Positions 53,031 through 64,000 of a stretch of 64,000 nt of DNA are shown piece by piece. A program made the position numbers and the translations under genes. Origin of the DNA: Octopus bimaculoides (taxonomy: Eukaryota); assembly GCF_001194135.2 (NCBI RefSeq), contig NC_068982.1, positions 90,926,636-90,990,635 on the forward strand. The letters run 5' to 3'. The notes beneath the pieces are model-generated. The model made no database searches, had not been told where the DNA came from, and saw nothing but the letters and a program-made list of their open reading frames with translations. The number at the start of each line of letters is the position of its first letter. Positions within the stretch are counted from its first letter, which is position 1.

Positions 53031-53269
53031 TTTATTATTATTATAGTTTAATCAGGAGGAAAGGCTGTGCCTACGTTCATTTACGGAGCCTCAAAGACTC
53101 ATGAGAAGGAAGGTAACTTCAAATCGAAGGCCTGATCCAAATACCAGCAACTCTGATAAAGGCACTCAAGGATTTAAGCTGTAATGTAGGACTGATAGAC
53201 TCATTAAGTCTACAACCCAAGAATGCCACGACTAGGTTTGAACGTAGAACGCAGACTCAGATCTAATAC

Positions 53270-53790
53270 TATGAAACATCCAGTCCAATATTCTTACGAT
53301 TCCACCAATCCAGTATTCTAGATTGATGCATTTTTATAAACCCCGAAAGGATGAAAGACAGAGTTGACTTCGATGATATTTCAACTCAGAATACTAAGGG
53401 TCAGTACAAATACTGATAGGCATTCTATTCGATGCCCCGACTGTTCTGTCAATTCGCCACCTATAAATTCTTTCTATTGAAGGAAGGAGTTTATATGAAC
53501 CCCAGTACTTGACTGGTATTTTATTTTATAAACCTCCAAAAACTGAAAGGTAAAAATGACCTCGACAGCATTTGAGCTCAGAACGTAAAACTGGACGAAA
53601 TACCGCTGAGCATTTTGTCCGATGCAGTAACGATTCTAACATATCACCACCTTAAATAATGGTTCCAAATTTTGGCATTAGGCCAAGAATTTTACTGGGA
53701 GGGATTTGTCGATTATATTGACCCCAGAGTTCAACTGGTACTTGTTTTATCGATCCTGGAAGGTTGAAAGGCAAAGCTGACCTCACCAAT
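53270..53790 (-). mobile_element. Three partial SINE type A copies in tandem
   Basis: Repeated CCCCAG...CTGGTA(C/T)TT...GAAAGG...GACCTC blocks. Confidence 0.65.
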
Positions 53791-53984
53791 TATAACTAGA
53801 ATGTTATGACTGAATTTTTAAAAATGGAATGGTAATGGTTATATTATAGTTCTACGCGGTCAGGGCTGACTGAATTAAACAACAGCAAGAACAACCACAT
53901 CGTAAAATCACGTGTCTTAGTATATCGATATTTGCAAAGGGAGGGGCCGGATTCTTCAGTCTGCATTGCTGCTTCATTATTTTC

Positions 53985-54420
<436 letters not shown>

Positions 54421-54542
54421 ATTGCTTAGTGACTCGTGTAGAGCGAGATTTATCACTCATCTGCCTTGTGAAATTAATTAGCAGAATTATAGACTAACGA
54501 AAATGATGAGAGAGTGAAGAAATAATAGGAATGAACACCCAG

Positions 54543-54693
54543 GTTCGAAATTTTCCCAAGGCACCTGATGAAGGCTGGAGGGTATATCAGCCGAAACGTT
54601 GTGTTAACAACAAACAAGATGAGAACAAATATCCGTCAAATGTAAATAATATAAATAATGTACATATTTCTTCATCTCTTAAATATAGAACTG
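54543..54693 (+). mobile_element. Hammerhead-bearing PLE-type 3' terminal repeat fragment
   Basis: Second copy of the 8645-8884 repeat, with the same ATATAGAACTG end. Confidence 0.78.
54560..54605 (+). ncRNA. Minimal type I hammerhead ribozyme, intact core
   Basis: GGCAC-CTGATGA-A-GGCTG(gagggtatat)CAGCC-GAA-ACGT-T-GTGTT. Stem I is GGCAC/GTGTT, stem II is 5 bp and stem III is the palindrome ACGT; predicted cleavage after GUU at 54600. Confidence 0.85.
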
Positions 54694-55117
54694 AAATATT
54701 AGAACGTTGGTGCTTAAAAATATTCTCAGAACCAAGAAACGAAACAGCCAATAAATACTTCTATATCTCGTTAAGAATTCCCTCTCTGCTATCGCTTTTA
54801 CTCACTTTCCGTTAATCTGCATCAATTCAAACTGAAGAATAACCGCAGAAACTCATAACCGTTATTTTTGTCTTCTCATCTCTGGTAGCCTAAAAATATC
54901 TTTGTTCTATACATTCTCTTTAGAGAATCAACAACGAAAGAGATCATTCAAAACATCTGTACAAATAATTCCGCGTTCTTTATCAGCTGTACAAATCCTC
55001 CACCAGTTTTTATATCTAATAATCAGTCGATATATATTTGTATTATAAGGACTAACTGAAACATTGCTTTGTGACGTAAGTTCAAATGATTTGTTTTTTT
55101 ACTGACATTTTTTCGAT

Positions 55118-55300
55118 GGCGGATAGCTGGCAGAATCTGTTAGTGGCATTTCTTCCGACTCTTTGTGTTCTGATTTCAAATCCCGCCGACGTCAAATTTG
55201 CCTTTCGTTCTTCTGGGGTTAATAAAATAAAGTATTACTCAAGTACTGAGGTTGATGTAAACGACTTGCCACCCCATCTCCAAATTGCTTACCTTGCGCC
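55118..55300 (+). mobile_element. SINE type A
   Basis: GGCGGATAGCTGGCAGAATCTGTTAG...TTCAAATCCCGCCGACGTC. Confidence 0.75.
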
Positions 55301-55639
55301 CTGCAACGGACCGGCTTCCCATTCAGGAGAATTGTAATGATCTCAACCATTTATACTCCATGAAAATTAAGTAACTGGTCTTATGAATCCTAAGGCACGA
55401 GACAAATGATTTCCTTCGGAGTCGATCAATTAGTTAATTAGCTCAATCAATCTGTAGCATCAGGCACAACCCTAAAAATTAAAGACAACACAACGTTTGT
55501 TAGGGTAGATTATCTTTGTACACTTCACTCGGGCCAAGAAAGGAGTCTCAACGTGACTGCATGACTTGTTAGGAATAAGAATTAAACAAATATCTCTCAA
55601 ATCACTCAACCATTAGAAAAAAAGCAAAGTCACAGATTT

Positions 55640-55845
55640 AGTGATTGTTTCAAGTTTTGGTGCAAGGCCGGCAGTTTTGAAGAAGAGTGGTAGTCGATTA
55701 CATCGACTCCAGTACTTGACTGGTACTCTACTTTATCAACCCCGGAGGGATGAAAGCGAAGATGACCCCCGGTGGAACGTGAGTCTGAAGAAAAGCCGCT
55801 ATGCATTTTTATCCGATGCTCGAACGATTCTGCCAGCTTGCTGCC
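55640..55845 (-). mobile_element. SINE type A
   Basis: TTTTGGTGCAAGG...GACTGGTACT...AACGATTCTGCCAGCTTGCTGCC. Confidence 0.75.
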
Positions 55846-56034
55846 CTCGACATAGTTTATATGGTGTAGTCCTAGACACCCTAGAGGACTAGGTTTAATA
55901 GCTGAACTAGAAACAGCATAAAACTATGGCTGGAATGCCACGATCTTAGTTCTACTGGATCAGAGCAAACCAACAACGAAAGCTGCAATACCTTACAACA
56001 ATACACTTTCATGCTACTATATAACATTTTACTG

Positions 56035-56190
56035 ATGGTTATGAGGTTAAGAAGCTCGCTTTAACAACCATGTGGTTTCGGATTCAGTCCCACTGTGCGG
56101 CACCTGCTGCAAATGACATCTATCATAGCCCTGTGCTGACTAATATATTATGAGGGAATTTGGTAAGTGGAAACTATGGAAGGCAAGGTC
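56035..56190 (+). mobile_element. SINE type C head
   Basis: GGTTAAGAAGCTCGCTT...GGATTCAGTCCCACTG...GAATTTGGTAAGTGGAAACT followed by (AT)n. Confidence 0.65.
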
Positions 56191-56193
56191 ATC

Positions 56194-56234
<41 letters not shown>

Positions 56235-56720
56235 CATAACCTAAAAATTAGTTTTAGCTCAACTACTAATTTTAAAAATATAATTGCACACAACACACAA
56301 AAACAACAAGATGAAACCAGCTGTTCATGCAGAGATATAAATTTGTGCCCGCTAAATGGAGCTTGCATGTCTGAGATCATCATTTATGAAGCCCCCGTAG
56401 ACTTTACAACAACTAAGGACATAGTTTCGTCAAAGAAATATGTGGGTCGCACAGAGCTGAATTTCAAAGCCAGGTTCAGACACTGGGAAAAAGAAAAACA
56501 ACTAAATTATCCAGTTATATATGGTCCTTAACAGAAAAAGGTATCAACTAAAACATCTATTGGAAGATTACAGCCTTACATCAACGGCAGTGGAAAGTGC
56601 AGTCTTTGTGATATGGAAATATTGCTCATCTGGAAAAGCAGCTTAGACCCCGCTACATGTCTAAATTCAAGAACTGAACTTTTTGGATCATGTCCACATA
56701 TGGTTAAATATTTGTTACTT
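56235..56720 (+). mobile_element. Penelope-like element A, GIY-YIG endonuclease fragment
   Basis: KISFSSTTNFKNII...CSCR...CPLNGAC...IIYEA...YVGRTELNFKARF, then LSSYIWSL and KCSLCDMEILLI...LNSRTELFGSCPH, with frameshifts. Confidence 0.85.
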
Positions 56721-57014
56721 TTTGGTCCCCACAAGATCACAGATAGAAACTGCAGAACAGTCCATAACTCTTCTACTCTAGAGTAGATGACATTAATATC
56801 ATAGTTAGAACCAACTCTAGTAACGGTAGTATAGAAACTGAGAGGAACGTAATAGAGAGCATCCAGCAAGTAGCTAACTCCATCCACCAAAGCATCAAGG
56901 TAACTATAGATTACCACACTAAGCACCCCAACAATAGACTCCCCGTACTTGATACTGAACTTTGGTTAGAGACTGTAAACAATAGAGTGCAGCTCCTTCA
57001 CTCCTATTACATGA

Positions 57015-57185
57015 AACCTTTTCAATGGTCGTTGACTCTGTCCGTTACTCACACTGCGTTCCTTTTTGTTTGTTTGTGCGCATGTGTGTGTGTGTGTGTG
57101 TGCCCATACATGCCTGCATGTATGCCTGTATACATGTGTGTGTATGCATGTATGTGTGGTTGTGTGCATATGTATCTATCTATGT
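57015..57185 (-). repeat. Inverted copy of 58672-58840 inserted in the PLE RT frame
   Basis: 171 bp versus 169 bp; reverse-complement identical except for one TG unit. Confidence 0.92.
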
Positions 57186-58178
57186 TCACAAGAACTCAGC
57201 TCTGTCACACAACACGAAAATTAATATACTGATAGCAGACTTAGTTAAGATAATGAGCAACGTGTCCCCACCATGCGAACCCTATGAAATGAAATACATA
57301 TACAGAACTTCATGCACCGCATGCAATTGTCTGGATATGATCAGAAAGATAGGGTTCGAGTATATAGGGGTACTAGTAAGAAATTTGATAACATTATACA
57401 TAATGATACCAGTGGTGCCTGTCCTAGATATAGAAACAAAGACTGGAATAAGATACAAAGAACTTGTGACAAAGCCAACAAGGCGAACACGTGGTATAAA
57501 ACCGACAAATATCAAGGAGTGATGTTTGTAGAGGCCACAGCCCATGGAGAACTTGCTCGTAGATTTAGGAAAGCTCTGAAGGAGACCAAACTCAACATTA
57601 AGATTGTTGAAAAGCCAGGGAACTCCGTCATATCACAACTATGTAGGACGTACCCCTTTGAGAATACCATATGCACTAATGATAACTGCATGATATGTAA
57701 GNNNNNNNNNNAGAATACCATATGCACTAATGATAACTGCATGATATGCAAGATTAGCCCTAGCATTAACTGTAGAACTCGAAATGTAGTTTACAGCATG
57801 AGATGCATAGAATGTGCTTGTAAAGACATGAACATGACATACATAGGGGTGGCATCTATGAGCATTGTGGAACGACAAAATGAACATTTGAGACAATATG
57901 ACGACAAAAAACAGTCCTCCATACTCTACTAACATGCAAAGGACCAACATGAAGGTAACCTGGGTCAACTTGACATCTGCATCTTATCCAAGCACCCAAA
58001 GGACCCAAAACTCAGACAAATACGGGAGTACGTCCTCGTAAAGGAAACTTCCCCTATACTAAATAGGAAATATACATAGTAGATATAATACCCCCATATC
58101 CACAGTTTACACACGTAGAGTAGAATAGTTAGTGGGCTGTTATGTCGATAGATGTATGTATGTGTGTGTGGGTGTATG

Positions 58179-58227
<49 letters not shown>

Positions 58228-58417
58228 ATGCACATGTATGTAAGCATATGGATATGAAGGTAAACAGATTAACATACAGGCGGATAGTTACATAGGTTAC
58301 ATGAACAAACAAGTACACATACGCAAATGAAGACATGACCATATATACACACACACTTTACTTCATACAAGGGCACATACATGCGCATCCATACATACAA
58401 ACACGGTACATAGTTAC

Positions 58418-58475
<58 letters not shown>

Positions 58476-58485
58476 NNNNNNNNNN

Positions 58486-58534
<49 letters not shown>

Positions 58535-58826
58535 ATGCACACACAAGGTGACAGAGGTACACACACACATATAAAAACACACATACTCACACGCACGCAC
58601 ATACACGAAAACACACAAACACGGACATAGAAACACATGAATATGCAGAATACATACATACAAATGTACACACATAGATAGATACATATGCACACAACCA
58701 CACATACATGCATACACACATGTATACAGGCATACATGCAGGCATGTATGGGCACACACACACACACACACATGCGCACAAACAAACAAAAAGGAACGCA
58801 GTGTGAGTAACGGACAGAGTCAACGA

Positions 58827-58863
58827 CCATTGAAAAGGTTGCAAGACGCAACGAAAATTTTAG
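58827..58863 (+). ncRNA. Putative variant minimal hammerhead ribozyme (U3-A8 core)
   Basis: CCA-TTGAAAA-G-GTTGC(aagac)GCAAC-GAA-AATT-T-TAG: 5-bp stem II, palindromic stem III and a weak stem I, located at the 3' end of PLE B in sense orientation. Confidence 0.6.
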
Positions 58864-60959
58864 AAAAAGAAAAAAACAAGAAGTGGGGATTTTACCGGTG
58901 AGTGTGTTGAATTATAAGGCACCAAAAGAGAATGACTCTCCCCAGACACAACAGAATAACATAACTACTTTTTATTGAATGCAACCAAATTTCTTATGAA
59001 TAAATCAATCAAGAAAACTTATTATAAATAAACTAGGTCAAATAACTACAGAATAAAGTACAAAGATAATTTTTTAAAGAAATACTAAAATCGTAACGCT
59101 TAATATACACAATAGCAAAGCGTCCTCGTCGTGACTCGTGTTAGAAATTTTTTGCGAAAAGTTTTTTCCTTTTTTTCTTTTTCAGTTCTTTTATCTTTCA
59201 AAAGATTTTCACGTCTCACAATGAACTGTCCCAGATTCCCAACCCTCTTGTTGTTTGGATGATCTGAAAAATAGTGGAAGTTTTATATACACACACTAGA
59301 AAACAAAAAGAAAACAAATCCACGTGATACTCCAGTATAATCCGTCCAGTGTAAACGTTTAAACCTGTTTTGTTGCTGTTAAGATTTCAACAAGCAATAA
59401 GTACGCTACAAGTTTACCTTAATGTACCACTTTGCACATTGTGCTGGTGTGGTGAGTGTCATAGAATAGATGCTAAGGTTCTGAATAGATCGATTGTACG
59501 ACCAAACGTTGCTACCTAGTTTTATAAACTTCATTTACTTTATAGATACTCTTATGGGAGGTAACTATCTCATGTACTCCGACTCAACTATTGTGTGATG
59601 TCAGTAGGACAGCTTAACCCATTGATAAACATCTTTCATCAAGTTAATTCAAAACAGTTGACACGACTACCTGAGTGCGTGGGATAAATATTGTTTTTTT
59701 CTTTATTTTTATTACTAGTTTTGTATTTCTTGTTTTCGTTGTTGCTGATACTGCCGATCGTGTTTTTCTTGTCGTCATTGTTGTTGTTGATATAATTACC
59801 AACGTTGCATTTCTTGCTGTTACTAGTTTCGTAGTTATTGTTGTTGTTACATTTTCTTATTTCTTTATTGCCCGCAAGGGGCTAAACATAGAGGGGGACA
59901 AACAAAGGAATTAAGTCGATTACATCGACCCCAATGCGTAACTGGTACTTTATTTATCGACCCTGAATTAATAGTTGTCGCTGCAATTACTGTTTAACCC
60001 TTGTTCAACCCTGATCCAACAGACATGTTATAAAAGACTTTTTTTCTGTGACCATCCTTCAGTTTTCTGCTTTTTCTTTCTTTGGATATGGTATATCTAC
60101 GACTACATTATCCAATCGATAAAGTGGAATAGGAGGAAGTTTTGGGTTGCTATATCTTGTAAGTCGAATAGAGAATCCTTTGCCGAATCGTTATTGTGGT
60201 TATTGTTGTTGTTATATTCCCGATAAAACGGTTGCCGTGTTTTATCCAAAATACAAGACACGGTCTTCTCTGAAGAATGAAAACAGTGAGTTGTGACATT
60301 ATTTCCTTCTTCGATGACATTAGCTACGCAAGGGAACTGAAATGTCATTAACCGAATATTGAGACCGCAACACAGCCCTAGATGGGCTTAATATTCACTT
60401 GTTACTTTTCTCTCCTTTCCACAACATTCGTGATGTTAATCTTTATTTTTCTTGTTAAAACAAATTTTAAAATGTTCAAGCATGTGAGTAAGTACACATA
60501 CACCCACGCACGCATGAGTGTGTGTGTGTATGTGTGTGCGTTCCTATGTATTTGGGTGTCTTTTATGTAAGCGTATATACGTTTTGCGAGGGTTTTTTTA
60601 AGAAAAAATTTCTATCTTCATTAGAAAAAAAAGAAAAGGTCCAACACAACCGCATCACCGAAAACGAAATCTTTATTTTCGCTTTTGCGACATTCTTAGC
60701 AAACACTAGTTCTTCACTTTGAACCTTCCTTAACTACAGTGGAAGTTCTTAAAAGTATTCTGCCAGAATAAGACTTAATGGGTGAGCTATACCAGCCATT
60801 TCAAACAATTAAATTTGCCTCCATCGTAGCACATTATGATTGGTTTATAGAGGAGAATTTGATGTTTTCATTGGTCATATGCATCACTTCCCTGATAACC
60901 TTCTTCTCTGAGGACATGACAACTTAGTTTTGTTCATAATCACAAGACGCAATCACTGC

Positions 60960-61600
60960 ACATTCCGACTAAATAATCTTCGACCTCACCCTCTCTATCC
61001 TCGGACAACACGCTGACAAAACGTACACGGTCGTTGCAATGCTAAGTCTCACAATCTTTGATACGTATCGTTTTCTTCGTGATTTCATATTTATAACATT
61101 ACAAAAGTTGCATACTAAAGAGCAGCCTTCCTCTTCAGAGTCATAAGATCAATTGGAAAACTCAAGATACAATTTACTTGCATAGGCATGAGGATGACAT
61201 CCAAAAGAAAGACCTTAGACTGACTAGCAAAGACTCCTCCACAAATACATTAACTCCAAAGATTCTCTCTATATATCTTCCTCTCTCTCTCTCTCTCTCT
61301 CTCTGTATATATGTACACACACACACATGTATATATATATTCTCATTCTGTCACTACTATGGTTTATGTTCTTCATAATTAGTTAGTTGCATACCGCCTC
61401 CATCAAAGCCTTCCTCTAACACCTGTCCCTCTTCCTCTCGACACCATATCTGTGCCTTATTCTACAGGTTCTACACTGACTATTCCCAGTCCTTTCAACG
61501 CTAAATCCTAGTCCTATGAAATCCGCTTCCCCGCCCCACCGCCCTCTTACAGGAGTTAAAATTGCCCATTGACTTCTTCAATTTCAACAACCTGGAGAGC
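60960..61600 (+). mobile_element. Possible decayed CR1/Jockey-type LINE C-terminal remnant
   Basis: DDIQKKDLRLT and FCHYYGLCSS*L...IPP resemble LDRIQKKAxRL and FYRYYxGxCSxEL; interrupted by microsatellite. Confidence 0.35.
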
Positions 61601-62125
61601 TTGTGAAGGTGTTAAGCATTGTGTCTTCTTTGTGAGTAAAGTATTTTTTTAAATATTCGTTCAAAAAATGATGTGGTACTAAAGGCAGCCGATAAAGGTC
61701 CTTTAATCTTCCGATAAGTCACTAGTTTGATCTTATCATCAGTACCACGTTCTCTTTCTGACCAAAGCATTTTAATATTCAAGTCGAGTAGCTGTTTCCA
61801 GTAGTTATGACCTAACACTGAGGGCAATGACTAATTTAGGACAGTACTTCTCTCTGGTCTCACTTGCTCTTGATAGGCTTATTCACCCTTTGACTAGACG
61901 CTACACTATGACTTGAAGAATTTCCTGTGGATTACTCGAATTAAGCATGGAACTCAAGTTGCCTAATCTCCCGTCGCTTATAGTGTTTCTACTGAAGTGA
62001 GTTAAACAACATTGTGTAATCTATTAAGGACTAGTGGGTGTTGTTAATTTAAGACTTTAAACGTCTTGGTTATAATTACATCCTAGTTGCTACAAAACTC
62101 TAGATCAAAGAACTCCTCTGCAATT

Positions 62126-62225
62126 CCTGATCATTATATGTACTTAATCACAAACCTGATCATTATATGTACTTAATCACAAACCTGATCATTATACGCT
62201 AGCACAAACCTGATCATTACACGCC
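62126..62225. repeat. Minisatellite, four copies of CCTGATCATTA at 29/29/25-bp spacing
   Basis: Copies start at 62126, 62155, 62184 and 62209. Confidence 0.9.
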
Positions 62226-62856
62226 AGCATTAAACCACTAGTTTATTGACGAGAGGCTGATTCAATACCTGTCACCTAAAAGAAAATGACGTAGGTTACG
62301 AAAAGCAAAATATCCCTTCGAAGAATTCAAATTCTGGTCATAAATGTGAGAGACTGAAATACTGAACGACAGCTAATTCAGCCCTTGATGTCTGCGCCAC
62401 TGGTTCCCTTTCATACAAGATATAGTTGGTTGGTGACGATCTGAGGTAGGCTTCAATGCAGTCTCCCCATCTGTTAGCATTGCTAACAAATCCTCACCAA
62501 ACCAATCTCTATCATCTGAAAAAGGACAAGTAGATTGGAACTCGAATTTATTGTAATATTACGTCTGAAAATAGGTGTTTGCCATGACTGGAACACTAGT
62601 TTGAACGATAGATGCTAACTCATTACGAAATTGTAGAATATCAGTAGTACTGTACTTGTAGGTTGCATATTTATGGGTTGATCAACACCTGCATGCCGTA
62701 AATATGTTTGTGCATTACTGATTAGGATACACATTAACAGCAGCTAGTCATGTAATAACAGATAAGATCCCAGCAAAAACCGAGTTCACAGACCTGTTTT
62801 GATTACCAGTTTTGAGTTAAGTCATTTCACACACTGCGTTAATTCCTTTGGGAAAT

Positions 62857-62965
62857 TTGCAAGTGTCATTTCTTCTACTGTACATTTATGGCCTTGTACT
62901 TAAGTCTAAAATCAATAGAGTGATACAAGGCCATAAATGTATCGGGAAAGAAGTGGCACTTGCAA
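62857..62965. other. 109-nt hairpin in otherwise non-repetitive sequence
   Basis: Perfect 18-bp inner stem (62881-62898/62924-62941) and an 18-bp outer stem with two G-U pairs on the plus strand (62857-62874/62948-62965). Confidence 0.85.
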
Positions 62966-63784
62966 TAGTCATGTTTTATTGAAAGAAATTACTGGAGTAT
63001 GTGAAGTAAATTAGCTTAAACCGGGTATCAAAACTGGTTGTTATTTTTCTTGCTTCCTGTTTTGTTTTTGTTTCGTACATAAACATGAAATCAATAGAGT
63101 GACAAGTCAACGAGTGATTTTTCTGTATATTAAATAAAGAATATATTAGATAATGTCGTCCTGCATACTCGTTAAAAGACATCTGGCAAAGACTTTGATC
63201 ATAGATCTATCCACTATATAAGTATTCACCTGTGCTAAATGATAGCAACAATCAATAGATTTGTTTTGGCTAGAGACAAAGGTTTTACATTTTGCTGAAA
63301 GATAACAAGAGAATCGACACATTTCATGCTTTTGCCAAATATCTTAAAAATTTAAGTGAGCTGAAATTACTTCCAATAAGAATTGAAACCGAATAGCAAT
63401 CTCGACTTGCTATGTAGTTGCCATCTACTCTTCAACTTTTGTAATTAGAAATCAATATTCTCATTCATTGAAATGCTAGGGGTGTCCTCAACAAAATATT
63501 TCTATTTATTTAATTGTATTCTTTTCTGTTTTGTGTTCAAATCCTCCCACTGCCAGTTTCGATCTTTCCATAGTTCTCATTCAACAAAATGAATATCAGT
63601 CAAGTCCTGAAACTGTCTAATTGATTCGGGAAGGAAAATTAAGATAACAGGCAAAGTTTTAGAACAGACTATATATTTTAAAGTGACTATTCTCTTATTC
63701 ATACGATATGGTTTCGAATTCTATCTTGACTGAATGTAACCTTATTCCATTCGTTGTCTATGCAATAACAACCAATACATATTT

Positions 63785-63972
63785 GTTTCAAGTTTTGGCA
63801 CAAGGCCTGAAAGTTTGTGAGTGGAGACTAATCGATTATATCGACCCCAGTTAACTGGTACTTATTTTATCAACCCTGAAAGTATGAAGGGCGAAGTCGA
63901 CCTTGCCGGAATTTGAACTCGGCACGTAAAGTCGGAAGACATGCCGCTAAGCACTTTTGCCAGCTGGGCGAC
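63785..63972 (-). mobile_element. SINE type A
   Basis: TTTTGGCACAAGG...AACTGGTACTTATTTTATC...GGAATTTGAACTC...GCTAAGCACTTTTGCC. Confidence 0.8.
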
Positions 63973-64000
63973 TTTTAACCATTGAATATTCTGAAATCGA

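Larger units (their letters stand above)
56744..58863 (+). mobile_element. Penelope-like element B (Naiad-like), 5'-truncated RT, GIY-YIG EN and microsatellite-rich 3' repeat
   Basis: FYSRVDD...VANSIHQSIKVTIDY...RLPVLDTELW...YYMKP; HKNSALS; MQLSGY; CxxxxCxxC...CRTRNVVYSMRCIEC...YIG...ERQNEH; after a TAA, RQIREYVLVKETSPILNRK with stop at 58077-58079. Confidence 0.88.

Noticed and set aside
53065-53125. PTFIYGASKTHEK resembling the PLE RT motif YGLPKIHK
   Set aside because: About 20 codons with no supporting flanks; too short to call.
57661-57741. Apparent duplication of the CxxxxCxxC motif in the PLE ORF
   Set aside because: The two copies flank a 10-N gap, so this is a scaffold overlap rather than a doubled zinc motif.
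57930-57932. Possible selenocysteine read-through in the Naiad-like ORF
   Set aside because: Some Naiad elements use in-frame UGA, but the internal stop here is TAA, so it is an ordinary nonsense mutation.
62126-62225. CRISPR-like repeat-spacer appearance
   Set aside because: Eukaryotic context, repeats too short, two linkers identical and no cas genes.

Overview
This is an AT-rich, repeat-saturated animal genomic window with about 20 N-gaps and no host protein-coding exon that I can support. It is probably intronic or intergenic octopus DNA, an inference from the tRNA-derived SINE families and the extreme microsatellite load. Nearly all listed ORFs are microsatellite or gap artefacts, or pieces of dead transposons. 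Recognisable content: (1) many tRNA-derived SINEs of three head types. (2) Decayed DNA transposons: mariner, a full-length Tc1 with TIRs, a maT-like deletion derivative, a Tigger-like MITE and an hAT MITE with an 8-bp TSD. (3) L1/Tx1 and CR1-type LINE fragments. (4) Several R4/Dong-like restriction-like-endonuclease (RLE) LINE fragments, stacked on (TAA)n tracts at 38.5-41.3 kb. (5) Two Penelope-like elements (PLEs) at 56.2-58.9 kb. The most interesting signal is a set of four minimal type I hammerhead ribozyme motifs (8.7, 46.2, 54.6 and 58.8 kb). Each has a 4-nt palindromic stem III, which requires dimer formation. One has an intact core. One carries a compensated U3-A8 swap of the C3-G8 catalytic pair. 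Also notable: a 171-bp inverted copy of the PLE 3' region inserted into its own RT frame, three long hairpins, and a SINE that carries a different microsatellite at the same internal site in each copy. Family assignments come from motif recognition by eye; no database search was run.
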